Shown here: positions 1-9,064 of the stretch, in pieces
Layout: each line of letters begins with the position of its first letter
Position numbering within the stretch: the stretch's first letter is position 1
Assembly: GCA_964399335.1 (NCBI GenBank)
Contig: CAYNQI010000003.1
Coordinates: 1 to 55,350, forward strand
Reading direction: 5' to 3'
From: an uncultured Thermoplasmata archaeon
GTDB lineage: Archaea; Thermoplasmatota; Thermoplasmata; Halarchaeoplasmatales; Halarchaeoplasmataceae
DNA: 55,350 nucleotides
Program-made: the position numbers and the translations under genes
The notes under the pieces: generated by a model
What the model was told of the DNA's origin: nothing
Database searches by the model: none
What the model saw: only the letters and a program-made list of their open reading frames with translations

Positions 1-2
1 AG

Positions 3-89
3 GTGAAGTATGAAAAGATCGTGGAAACAGCTAGGGATAATTGGGAGAACGTTACTGAGGTCTTAGAAACTTACTTCGAAGGATTGTGA
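3..89 (+). CDS. 3' end of an upstream gene (partial), possibly MTA/MTI or purine nucleoside phosphorylase
   Basis: An open frame reads VKYEKIVETARDNWENVTEVLETYFEGL* and ends at TGA 87-89, just before the deaminase. It resembles a PNP/MTAP C-terminal helix and fits the operon context. Confidence 0.4.
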   Translation: MKYEKIVETARDNWENVTEVLETYFEGL

Positions 90-94
90 TAGAT

Positions 95-1345
95 ATGAGT
101 TTGGTAATCAAAAATGCAGATATCATCGGTAAGGACGGTATATGGGATGTTCTGATCGAAGATGGTAAAATAAGTAGCATAACTGAAGATGAAGATGGTG
201 ACGAAGTCCTAGATGCAGAAGGCAAATACCTATCCCCTGGATTCGTCAACACTCACACCCATGCCGCCATGAGTTTACTCAGAGGTTATGCAGACGATAT
301 GCCTTTACAAAGATGGCTCCAGAAAAAGATCTGGCCGGTTGAAGGACGTCTGAACGAAGATTATGTTTACTGGGGAACCAAACTCGCCTGCTTAGAGATG
401 ATCAAAACAGGGACAGTCGCTTTCAACGATATGTATTTCTTCATGGAATCCACGGCGAAAGCTGTCAACGAGATGGGTATGAAAGCCATATTGAGTTACG
501 GTATGATAGATCTCGACGACGAGGAAAAAAGAATATCTGAAATTGAAAAAACTGAAGAATTTTTGGAGGATATGGAACAATACAGCAGCATCCAACCAGC
601 CTTGGGTCCTCATGCCATCTACACCGTTTCCAAAGAACTGTTAGGATGGTGTGCTGAAAAATCAGTCAATGACGACCTTCTGGTGAACCTTCATGTAGCG
701 GAAACTGAAAAGGAGTTGAAGGATTTTAAACAAGATCATGATATCTCACTTACAGAGTATCTAAAAGAAGTAGGTCTGTTGAACGAGATGTTGATAGCCG
801 CTCACTCCGTTTGGTTAGAAGAGGAAGATTTTGTAAACTTAGGTGAAAATAAAGTAACCGTCAGTCATAATCCCACATCGAACATGAAGTTGGGGGTGGG
901 CAAACAGATGAATTATTCTAAATTAAAGGAAAATGATGTTAAGATAACTCTTGGCACCGACGGCTGCGCATCTAACAACAATCTAGATATGTTAGAAGAA
1001 GCCAAGATAGCAGCTATACAACAAAAGATGCCTGGATATCCGACGAGATTACCTGCTAGAGAGGCTTACGAGATGATAACAAAGAACGGAGCAGAAGCAT
1101 TGAATACCGGTGGAGGAGTTGTAAGTGAGGGAAAAGCAGCGGACCTGATTCTTATAGGAAAAGATGTGTCATCGATACCTGGACACAATCCGGTCTCAGA
1201 TATGATCTATTCCATGAGCGGTTCCGATGTAACTGACGTGATAATAGACGGTAAGATCGTGATGCGCAACAGATACGTAGATGGAGAAGAAGAGCTAATG
1301 AAAACCGCAAAAAGTAAAGCTATGGAATTGGTTTCGGGAAAGTGA
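95..1345 (+). CDS. mtaD: 5'-methylthioadenosine/S-adenosylhomocysteine deaminase (amidohydrolase family)
   Basis: HTH metal motif (NTHTHAAMS), LRGYADD, PHAIYT, HVAET, HNPTSNMKL, GTDG.ASNNNLDM. ATG 95 is preferred over GTG 86. Confidence 0.85.
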   Translation: MSLVIKNADIIGKDGIWDVLIEDGKISSITEDEDGDEVLDAEGKYLSPGFVNTHTHAAMSLLRGYADDMPLQRWLQKKIWPVEGRLNEDYVYWGTKLACLEMIKTGTVAFNDMYFFMESTAKAVNEMGMKAILSYGMIDLDDEEKRISEIEKTEEFLEDMEQYSSIQPALGPHAIYTVSKELLGWCAEKSVNDDLLVNLHVAETEKELKDFKQDHDISLTEYLKEVGLLNEMLIAAHSVWLEEEDFVNLGENKVTVSHNPTSNMKLGVGKQMNYSKLKENDVKITLGTDGCASNNNLDMLEEAKIAAIQQKMPGYPTRLPAREAYEMITKNGAEALNTGGGVVSEGKAADLILIGKDVSSIPGHNPVSDMIYSMSGSDVTDVIIDGKIVMRNRYVDGEEELMKTAKSKAMELVSGK

Positions 1346-1350
1346 TATCC

Positions 1351-1917
1351 ATGCTTGAAAGATTGAAAGGATCATTAGAAAGTTGTCCAGTAGTAGATAT
1401 GGGAGATTATCATTATTTCATACATCCTCTTACAGACGGTCTTCCACAAGTTGAACCGGAACTGATAAACGAGGTCGTGGACACCGTTATCGAACACGCT
1501 AATCTGGATTGTGATTATATACTGACAGCACAGTCTATGGGGTTTCCGTTAGCTTCTGCGCTTTCCATGAAAACAGGTATCCCATACAAGTTCATCAGGA
1601 AAAGAAAGTATGGTTTAGATGGAGAGATCTCTGTAAGCCAGATCACGGGTTATTCAGAGAGTGAAATGTATATAAATTTCGTAGAACCCGGAGATAGGGT
1701 ATTCTTTATAGATGATGTTTTAAGCACCGGAGGTACACTGCGTGCTATCGTAAAAGCCCTTGATAAGATAGGTGTCGAGATAGTAGATGTGATGCTGATC
1801 TTCGAAAAAGTAGGAGTAAAAGAGCAGTTGGAAAAGGAACTGAGCATCAAGATCAAAACTCTACTCAAGTTAGATATGGCGGGCGATAAAGTCAAGGTAC
1901 TAGGTGAAGGTGTCTAA
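1351..1917 (+). CDS. hpt: Archaeal hypoxanthine/guanine (purine) phosphoribosyltransferase
   Basis: YHYFIHPLTDG N-terminal motif; PRPP loop FIDDVLSTGGT. Confidence 0.8.
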   Translation: MLERLKGSLESCPVVDMGDYHYFIHPLTDGLPQVEPELINEVVDTVIEHANLDCDYILTAQSMGFPLASALSMKTGIPYKFIRKRKYGLDGEISVSQITGYSESEMYINFVEPGDRVFFIDDVLSTGGTLRAIVKALDKIGVEIVDVMLIFEKVGVKEQLEKELSIKIKTLLKLDMAGDKVKVLGEGV

Positions 1918-4900
1918 TCTTCTTTTAGGACCCTTTTCATTTTTCCGTTTTTACTTTTATCTGAGTTATCTTCTTTCATAACCCTTTTTTTAGGCTGAAT
2001 TGTTTTTTTATTCCTGATGATCCTTTGTTTTTTATTATTATCCTCATCCCTTTCTTCTACATACTCCTCGCTTACAGTATCAATTATAGGTTCTTCTTGC
2101 TCTTCTTCAATGACTTCTTTCTGCTTTTCTTCCTTTATAAGCCGATGTTTTCTAACATCGTTCATATCCGATTTATCTTCATCACTCTTTTTCAAAACAG
2201 GGAGTTCTTTAACTAAAGGTTTATTTTCTTCAATAGAACTGCTTTTATCATCAGTTCCCTTTTTTTCAATTTCACTTTTTTTCTGTAAAACTGGAAGAGT
2301 TTTTATAGGTCTATCCAGTAGTTTTGTATCATCCGTAAATTGTGAATCTTTTTGCTTATCCCTTCCTTTTACTCTAAGATATAGCAAAGTTATTACGGCT
2401 AAAAGTAGGAAGGTTCCTATACTAGCAATCTCCATATTTGTCATACCTAACCATCTAGGTTTTGGAGGAGATATCTCAAGTTCACTGAATGCGGTTCTTA
2501 CTGTATTATTCGGGCCTAAAGTATTATTTTCTTCAGCTTCTATATAATACTCATAGGTACCCGGTTCCAGATACATCTCATAATAGTATTTTTTACCATC
2601 AAAAGTACACTGATCAGTTTCGTTAAGTTCTTTCATCTGATAATGATCGCCATCAACAACGATTTCGATGCTAGTTGGGAGTGTTCCGTCTTTATCTTCG
2701 TATACTATATCCCACCTTACTCTTGTGGGTTCATATGTGACCTCAACGCTCTTATTGAACAATTTCGGAGGATTATTCACTGGATTCACATCTAGAACGA
2801 ATGGGACCTCTGTCTCCCATTCTCCCATTATGGTAACATTAAATGTCATATTGATAGTTCCAGAAAAATAATCTTCAGGTTTGAAGTATATTGAATCGTC
2901 TTCTACAACGACCTCTACCCTATCATTTCCATGAAAACTAGTGACATCTGCAGAGGGAGGCAAAGATTCGTAGATACTGTAATCTCTCAACGTAGCCCCC
3001 TCATCGACTGAAGCGTTAAAATTGTTTTTTACGGTGAGTTCGCTGCTATCATCTAGGTAAACCATATCATCGCTGAATGCAGAGTTTATCACAGTCAATC
3101 GAGTGTTGATAAGATATATATGATATCTACTGTTCAATATACTAGCCCTATTTATCGTCGAATCACTGCCTTCAAATCTAAAGGCGTTTTCTTCATTATT
3201 GGACAATATATTCCCATGGAAATAAGGGGAACTTCTACGAACATTTATGCCGTATAATTTATTATTAGATACGGTGTTTTCAAGGAATGAGATCGATGAT
3301 TTTATTTCTACACCAACATGGTTGTTGTTTATCTGGTTATCAATGACTGCTCCTTCTGATTCTTCGATAGTCAATCCAGTATTAGAATTCCTATTTATGG
3401 TATTGCTTTCAAATATAAAATTATTGGATCTTTTTATCATAACTCCATTTTGCCCTTCAGTTATCAAATTATCTATTACAGTTGAATCGTTTCCAGATAT
3501 CTGGATGCCAAATGTACTGCTACGGATATTATTGCCTATAATTGTGATGTTTTCAGAATATCTTATATCTATTCCCCATCCCTCGATATTTCTAATTTCA
3601 TTATTTTTTATCACTGCATTTCCTTGTTGAATTAAAATCCCATGGTCATGATAATTGAATAAATTTTTTTCTATGATCGGTTTACCATCATCGATATCAA
3701 GTCCGATTTGGTTATTGTAAAAGATGTTATCTAAAATCGAAGCATTGGAATCACGAGTTTTGATCCCAGTTGGATTTTCTATAAGATCATTTTTTTCTAA
3801 TCTTGGATCACCCTGATTTATTAAAATCCCGTTTTCGAGAGTATTATGAATCTCGTTTGAGAAAACACGGGCTTTACTGTTTTCGAGATAAATCCCCTTG
3901 TTATCTATTATGTAGTTCTCACTTATAGTAGGTGCTCCCCCCGTTACTTTAACAGCGTATCCTTCTGAACTAGAAAATTTGTTATTATATGCGTTGAAAG
4001 AGGAATAGAATGAACTGATGTCACTGTGTGCAGAATTTTCGAAACTACAACCAGATATACTAGGGGTTCCTTCTACTATAGAAACACCGATATAATTTCT
4101 TTCAAGATTTGAATCCTCCAAGGAGACCGAGTCAGACTGAATTATTAGTCCAGGATCTTCATCACTATCACCAAGGTATTCCAATCTGGAATCTTTTATA
4201 TGTCCCAAACTACCTGGCTTGTAATCTATACTGATACTATTATCCATTTCAAAATCTAATGCTTCTTCTTCTGTAAGGCCGTTTTCATTATAAAATTCCC
4301 AAGTACAATCCCTATCAACTTGAATCCAGTACCCTCTCCCTGGGGTCATAGTATCATCCAGGGTCAGATATACATTTTCACCAGACTTAACAGTATAAAT
4401 AGATTCGATACGATCTAAAATGTTGGAGAATACACTGGAGACCGTCTCCTGTTTTGAACTTGGATAAGAAACTAGATTATATCCTTCATGGAGTTCTATT
4501 TCATTCGATTTAGGTAGGAATCCACTGTTCTCAAACGTTAATTCATCTGTGATTTCAACATTAACCCCTATATCAGTTGTGATCTTATTTAAATCGTTAA
4601 AATGTTCTTCACGATGTGGTCTAAAACTTAACCATCCAGATTCTTGAGAATAATACCAAGCGGACTCATAGTGACCGTCTAAAGGTTCCAAAACCTCTTT
4701 AGTAGAATAGTCTTCACGATAAAAAGGGAAAGATAAAGTATTATATCCTTCTTCTAATTCTAGTGAAATTGTTGGATGGTATCGCCTATAATACGGTTGG
4801 ACCAGTGAGTTTTCTATTTTTAAAATACCCCCCTCTTCTATTATTATTTCTCCACCTTCAGATCCTTTAATAAAAAGGTCGGAATTTCGTATTTGGAGTG

Positions 4901-5084
4901 ATCCTTTGATTATTAATCTTTCGTCTAAAATGATTTCTTCATCTTCAAACCTTCTTATCTCATCTTGCTCTATGATCCAGGAATCCAAGTATGTGTTTTC
5001 TCCACCTTTAACAGCAACAAAGGTGCTAAATAAGAGTAATAGGACGATAAAGGACAATATAAACTTGGATGTATCTATTTTCAT
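1914..5084 (-). CDS. Large membrane-anchored surface protein with parallel beta-helix (CASH/NosD-like) repeats, two G(W/Y)NL-type repeats and cadherin/Ig-like domains
   Basis: Signal peptide MKIDTSKFILSFIVLLLL; many GI.I...I..N.I..N repeats; EEGYNTLSFP and HEGYNLVSYP repeats; VNPVNNPP linker; C-terminal TM followed by a charged tail. Confidence 0.75.
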   Translation of the reverse strand: MKIDTSKFILSFIVLLLLFSTFVAVKGGENTYLDSWIIEQDEIRRFEDEEIILDERLIIKGSLQIRNSDLFIKGSEGGEIIIEEGGILKIENSLVQPYYRRYHPTISLELEEGYNTLSFPFYREDYSTKEVLEPLDGHYESAWYYSQESGWLSFRPHREEHFNDLNKITTDIGVNVEITDELTFENSGFLPKSNEIELHEGYNLVSYPSSKQETVSSVFSNILDRIESIYTVKSGENVYLTLDDTMTPGRGYWIQVDRDCTWEFYNENGLTEEEALDFEMDNSISIDYKPGSLGHIKDSRLEYLGDSDEDPGLIIQSDSVSLEDSNLERNYIGVSIVEGTPSISGCSFENSAHSDISSFYSSFNAYNNKFSSSEGYAVKVTGGAPTISENYIIDNKGIYLENSKARVFSNEIHNTLENGILINQGDPRLEKNDLIENPTGIKTRDSNASILDNIFYNNQIGLDIDDGKPIIEKNLFNYHDHGILIQQGNAVIKNNEIRNIEGWGIDIRYSENITIIGNNIRSSTFGIQISGNDSTVIDNLITEGQNGVMIKRSNNFIFESNTINRNSNTGLTIEESEGAVIDNQINNNHVGVEIKSSISFLENTVSNNKLYGINVRRSSPYFHGNILSNNEENAFRFEGSDSTINRASILNSRYHIYLINTRLTVINSAFSDDMVYLDDSSELTVKNNFNASVDEGATLRDYSIYESLPPSADVTSFHGNDRVEVVVEDDSIYFKPEDYFSGTINMTFNVTIMGEWETEVPFVLDVNPVNNPPKLFNKSVEVTYEPTRVRWDIVYEDKDGTLPTSIEIVVDGDHYQMKELNETDQCTFDGKKYYYEMYLEPGTYEYYIEAEENNTLGPNNTVRTAFSELEISPPKPRWLGMTNMEIASIGTFLLLAVITLLYLRVKGRDKQKDSQFTDDTKLLDRPIKTLPVLQKKSEIEKKGTDDKSSSIEENKPLVKELPVLKKSDEDKSDMNDVRKHRLIKEEKQKEVIEEEQEEPIIDTVSEEYVEERDEDNNKKQRIIRNKKTIQPKKRVMKEDNSDKSKNGKMKRVLKED

Positions 5085-5164
5085 AATCGTTTACTTCTCC
5101 TTACATCTAGACTTCAAGAAGAAATAGTATTAATTACCTGATATAAAGTTTAGCCTAATTTTCT

Positions 5165-5422
5165 TTATCCGCCGGTCACAGGTGGAAGGACAGCGATCTC
5201 GTCACCATCTTTTAAATTCTTATCTGCTTTGCCCGTTTGTTTATTTACCGCAAGTATCAATTGATCTTTTAAATCATTTAAGTCTGGATACCTTTTTATC
5301 AAGATATCAAGTAAGTCATTTGCCTTGGTTCCTTTCTTGATTCTCATTTCTACTTCTCTATGACCGACTATCTCCCTTGCAGAAGCGAAGAACTTGACCC
5401 TAACTTTGATTTCAGAAGCCAT
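5165..5422 (-). CDS. Ubiquitin-like SAMP/MoaD/ThiS family protein
   Basis: 85 aa with VKFFASAREIVG and DGDEIAVLPPVTGG, ending in di-glycine. Confidence 0.9.
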   Translation of the reverse strand: MASEIKVRVKFFASAREIVGHREVEMRIKKGTKANDLLDILIKRYPDLNDLKDQLILAVNKQTGKADKNLKDGDEIAVLPPVTGG

Positions 5423-5539
5423 CAGACTATATTCATGAAAGCAATTATATGGTTTTTTCGATTCAAGAGTAATATTTTCGTTGTTAATTATTCAAGCAAA
5501 AAGCATAACAATTATAAGTGATAACTTAAATCCAAATAC

Positions 5540-5983
5540 ATGTCATTCGAAATCAAGATATCCAGCCATACACCAGCGGCAGGTAATGACCTAAATGAGA
5601 TCTTAGAGGATTTTCTCCTTGATATAGGTTATTTATCAGGTAGAAAAACCGGCAAGGATGTTCATGAAAGCATACCTTTTAGGTTATGGACTGATGTTTT
5701 TTTAAAAAACCCAGATAAACCAAAAACAGTAGATAATATGACCGCTATTTTAGAAACATCTAAACCGACCATTTATCGTCATCTACGTAAGTTAAAAGAC
5801 ATGGATCTTTTAGAATCAGAAGAACTGGTTTTAGAAGATGATGGAGAGGTCATCAAGAAAGGTTATCGGATACGCCAGGGCGATCTATTGACTGCATGGC
5901 ATGTTACTGAAGCTAATGTGGAGTCTACTTTAAAACGATACAGACAAACCATAAAACGAATAAAGAAGTTGACTGAGGATTGA
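5540..5983 (+). CDS. Winged-HTH (ArsR-like) transcriptional regulator
   Basis: TVDNMTAILETSKPTIYRHLRKLKDMDLLES HTH, followed by a wing (KKGYRI). Confidence 0.7.
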   Translation: MSFEIKISSHTPAAGNDLNEILEDFLLDIGYLSGRKTGKDVHESIPFRLWTDVFLKNPDKPKTVDNMTAILETSKPTIYRHLRKLKDMDLLESEELVLEDDGEVIKKGYRIRQGDLLTAWHVTEANVESTLKRYRQTIKRIKKLTED

Positions 5984-5988
5984 TATGG

Positions 5989-6279
5989 ATGAAAGATAAA
6001 AATAAAAAGAAGGCAAATTCTGCTTTAACAGAAGGTTCTCACTATCTTGTTAAATCGCTTGCAACAAGAGATGATTTGTTAGAAACTAGAGGTTTCTTTG
6101 AAGGTTATGTTTCACTTGGTAGGGGACATGCATTAAGGATCAAATTAGATGATAAGAATGATGGGGATGAAGGAGAAATCAGGATCGTACCTAACCATAT
6201 GATCACGTCGATAGATATAATCGAAGAGAATGACGAACCTGAAGAAGATAATAAACCCTCAAGCTCTTATTTTGGTTGA
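5989..6279 (+). CDS. Small beta-rich protein, possible Sm/Hfq-like fold
   Basis: Beta-strand pattern; RIVPNHMITSID resembles the Hfq Sm2 strand VYKHAISTV. Acidic tail ends in SYFG. Confidence 0.45.
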   Translation: MKDKNKKKANSALTEGSHYLVKSLATRDDLLETRGFFEGYVSLGRGHALRIKLDDKNDGDEGEIRIVPNHMITSIDIIEENDEPEEDNKPSSSYFG

Positions 6280-6283
6280 TACC

Positions 6284-6604
6284 ATGCCGGTACAGATAGA
6301 TAGTGATAGTTTAGAATCAAGACTTATCAAATTATTGATGCGTGGAGAAAATATAACTTTGAAGGAAGCTGCCAATAAACTTAACGTTTCAGAGAATAAA
6401 TTAGAGAGAACTGTAAAAGGATTGGTCTCCAAAGGGATAGTCAGTGTTGATGCTCTCCCAGATAAAAAATATTTGAGGTTGAAACGCTCTGATATACAAT
6501 TCCATGGAACCAATCCCAGCCAGGAAAAAGCATTGAAAAGGAAGCGATCCAAAAAGTCAAAGGAAAAGGGATCCAAGAAGAGTAGAGAGATGATGTACAG
6601 GTAA
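6284..6604 (+). CDS. Winged-HTH protein with a basic tail ending in MMYR
   Basis: ITLKEAANKLNVSENKLERTVKGLVSKGIV HTH. ATG 6284 follows the upstream stop. Confidence 0.65.
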   Translation: MPVQIDSDSLESRLIKLLMRGENITLKEAANKLNVSENKLERTVKGLVSKGIVSVDALPDKKYLRLKRSDIQFHGTNPSQEKALKRKRSKKSKEKGSKKSREMMYR

Positions 6605-6647
6605 AAAACCGAAATGTTTACATCTAACAAGGTCGATATATTGTAGA

Positions 6648-7103
6648 ATGTATGGGAAGGTGATCATACCCACGGACGGCTCAGAGTATTCGTTAGTTTC
6701 AGTTAAAGAAGGCTTAGAGTTAGCTAGATCTCTAAACATCCCTGCTGTGGCAGTACACGTTATCCCTCCGTATCATCCTGGAAAAGCTTTCGGGCGATAT
6801 CGTATCGAGGAGTTGGGACATAGATGTCTAAATGAAATGGTAAAGATCCTTAAAGATCGAGGGGACTCTATTTTATCAGAAGTTAAAAACCTAGCAGGGG
6901 AGATGGATGTAGAGTTGGAAACTAATACCTTCGAAGGAAGGGTTTACGAAAAGATCTGTGAACTTGCCGAAGATGAAGATATAATCTATATCTCATCACA
7001 TGGCCTTTCCGGGATATCATCGTATCTGCTTGGTAGCACTACGGAAAGAGTTTTGAAGCATTCAAATGCAGATGTGGCTGTTGTAAGAACGAAAAGCGTT
7101 TAA
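6648..7103 (+). CDS. Universal stress protein (UspA family)
   Basis: VIIPTDGSEYS N-terminal motif; SSHGLSG..SYLLGSTTERVL C-terminal motif. Confidence 0.9.
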   Translation: MYGKVIIPTDGSEYSLVSVKEGLELARSLNIPAVAVHVIPPYHPGKAFGRYRIEELGHRCLNEMVKILKDRGDSILSEVKNLAGEMDVELETNTFEGRVYEKICELAEDEDIIYISSHGLSGISSYLLGSTTERVLKHSNADVAVVRTKSV

Positions 7104-7159
7104 AATAATATCTTACGCAGCATGAAATTATTAAAATAACACAAATTATGTCATGTAAT

Positions 7160-7174
7160 CGAAAATTTTATTAA
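7160..7174 (+). promoter_or_regulatory. BRE/TATA promoter of the archaellin gene
   Basis: CGAAAA followed directly by TTTTATTAA; SD GGAGG at 7209-7213 ahead of ATG 7225. Confidence 0.55.
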
Positions 7175-7224
7175 TAAGGCAAACTTAGATATCCGGGAAG
7201 TACGAGATGGAGGAAATATTTAAC

Positions 7225-7845
7225 ATGAAACGAATCAAAAGGATGCCAGATGAGGAAAGTGGTGCAATTGGAATAGGTACTTTGATCGTCTTTATCGGCC
7301 TGATTCTAGTCGCTGCGATAGCCTCGGCAGTTATCGTAGGTGTTATGGGCGATCTACAAGAAAGAGCAAAGAGAACTGGCCGAGAAACTGAAGAGAATGT
7401 TGTACCCCCTATAAAGCTACAATTTGCAGAAGCACATACTGACGATGGAACCCATACCAATAACATGCGGTTATATGTATCGGCTATGGAAGGTTCTGAT
7501 GGATATGATCTAGATAATCTATTACTTGTGGTCCAAGGTGAACAACTAGGCACAGGAGAGGGTTTTACCCAAAGATTTGTATTGGATGATACTGGCGTAG
7601 ATGAAGATATAGATGGAACTTTTAACATTAAAAGATATACCCGATCAGAGGACGATGTAGTGACTGAGAGTTTTCTATATAGGAATGAAATAGTCGCCCT
7701 GGAGATCGGTGAAGAAATTGATGATATTGAACCAAACACAGATCTCTCTATGAGATTCATGCCTGCAGAAGGTGCTACAGCAACTACTTTTGAAAGTCTT
7801 ACTCCTTCAGACTATCCAGATAGCGGTTGGTTCGAGCTACCATAA
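7225..7845 (+). CDS. arlB: Archaellin (archaeal flagellin)
   Basis: Class III signal followed by G|AIGIGTLIVFIGLILVAAIASAVI. The start could alternatively be ATG 7207. Confidence 0.92.
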   Translation: MKRIKRMPDEESGAIGIGTLIVFIGLILVAAIASAVIVGVMGDLQERAKRTGRETEENVVPPIKLQFAEAHTDDGTHTNNMRLYVSAMEGSDGYDLDNLLLVVQGEQLGTGEGFTQRFVLDDTGVDEDIDGTFNIKRYTRSEDDVVTESFLYRNEIVALEIGEEIDDIEPNTDLSMRFMPAEGATATTFESLTPSDYPDSGWFELP

Positions 7846-7919
7846 ACACGGAGACCGATAAGGGGAATATATACAATCCCTACTCTCTTTATTTTTAAAT
7901 ATATAGGTGCGGTGGCTCA

Positions 7920-9062
7920 ATGGTAGAAGAAAAAGACAAGTCGAAAAAAGAAACGAATGACGATACTTTTGGTAAGCAAGAAACTTCTGAAAGATCAGAG
8001 GTGAGCGAAGAGGAGGAACCCATTAAAGAAGAGGATCAAGACGATGATAATCGACTCTCGGGAAGATATCATTTTGTATCTACTAATTTAAAAGAATCAG
8101 AGGACCAGGTATCATCTGACGAGACAGATTTAAAAAAATCGGAAATAGATATACCTGATAGGAGAAGAGTACAAAATGATGTTAATAAATATGAATTGAA
8201 TTTTGGTATGCCAGAAATCTCCGGAGAAATTGTAGAAGAAGATGAAACTAAAGATAAGGATATTGATGATATGGATATTGATGACATGGGTATAGAAGAA
8301 GAGCAGGTCGAAACTGATGATATTTCAGTAAACGAAGAAAAAATCTCTTTAAATTCTACAGATAAAGAACTTATCAATCAATTGATAGATAGGATCACTA
8401 ACATATCTCAAGTGATAAATAAATTCTCTATTGAATTAAACGAGATGGATGAGGAGCTCTCTTCATTGTTTTCGAGAGTAGAGGTTTTAGAGAACAGAGA
8501 CATCAATTATGACTTGATCCAGAATAAACTACAAGAATTATCAGCAATTTACGACCTTCTTTCATCTGATGTTAATCCTTTTATGGAACTGGAAAAAGAA
8601 TCAAAATCAGATTTTAGAGATCATAAGGGTAGTGGGGTTGTTAAGAATAGGGATTCTATAGAAGATCCTAAAAATTTCATACGACCTAAAAATCCTAATG
8701 AACGATATAATATGAACGCGATGATAGATTGGATTGATTTTCTTCAAACAAAAACACGCGGTAATATAGAGGAGGCCTTAGATTATTATCGTGAATTAAA
8801 ATGGATCAGTAAAGACCTAAAAAATAATATAATGACATTCAAAAAGGGCTTAAAATTGGATAATAATAATGGGCATGGAGATACGATCGTCAAAGAAGAC
8901 GGAGATATAGAAAGAGAAAAGGGAGACTGGAAATTGTCACCTCAAGACCATAAAAAATCTTTGCGGTATATAGAAGATATCAAGAACGGTAAAAACTATA
9001 GACGTAGTGAAATAGAAGAAGCTAATCAAAAGGGTGATGACTGGAAAAGAGGTGAACGTTAG
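7920..9062 (+). CDS. arlCDE: Archaellum accessory protein, fused ArlC-ArlD/E with an acidic N-terminus
   Basis: ArlC-type coiled coil ending YDLLSSDVNPF; ArlD/E-type WIDFL...ALDYYRELKWIS...LSPQDHKKSLRYI; position in the cluster. Confidence 0.75.
   Translation: MVEEKDKSKKETNDDTFGKQETSERSEVSEEEEPIKEEDQDDDNRLSGRYHFVSTNLKESEDQVSSDETDLKKSEIDIPDRRRVQNDVNKYELNFGMPEISGEIVEEDETKDKDIDDMDIDDMGIEEEQVETDDISVNEEKISLNSTDKELINQLIDRITNISQVINKFSIELNEMDEELSSLFSRVEVLENRDINYDLIQNKLQELSAIYDLLSSDVNPFMELEKESKSDFRDHKGSGVVKNRDSIEDPKNFIRPKNPNERYNMNAMIDWIDFLQTKTRGNIEEALDYYRELKWISKDLKNNIMTFKKGLKLDNNNGHGDTIVKEDGDIEREKGDWKLSPQDHKKSLRYIEDIKNGKNYRRSEIEEANQKGDDWKRGER
8259..8288 (+). repeat. 15-bp tandem duplication encoding DIDDM x2
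   Basis: GATATTGATGATATG followed by GATATTGATGACATG. Confidence 0.7.
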
Positions 9063-9064
9063 AG

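Noticed and set aside
7144-7158. TATGTC/CATGTA upstream of the archaellin promoter as possible EarA-type (TACATA) sites
   Set aside because: Each has a mismatch, only two copies are present, and the DNA is AT-rich; no earA is in the window.
7906-7927. GGTGCGG-TG-GCTC-AATGGTA-GA looks like the 5' third of a tRNA, after a TATA-like run
   Set aside because: The D-stem does not close (GAAG, not GAGC) and there is no anticodon arm, T-arm or acceptor 3' strand. It is the SD and ATG region of arlCDE.
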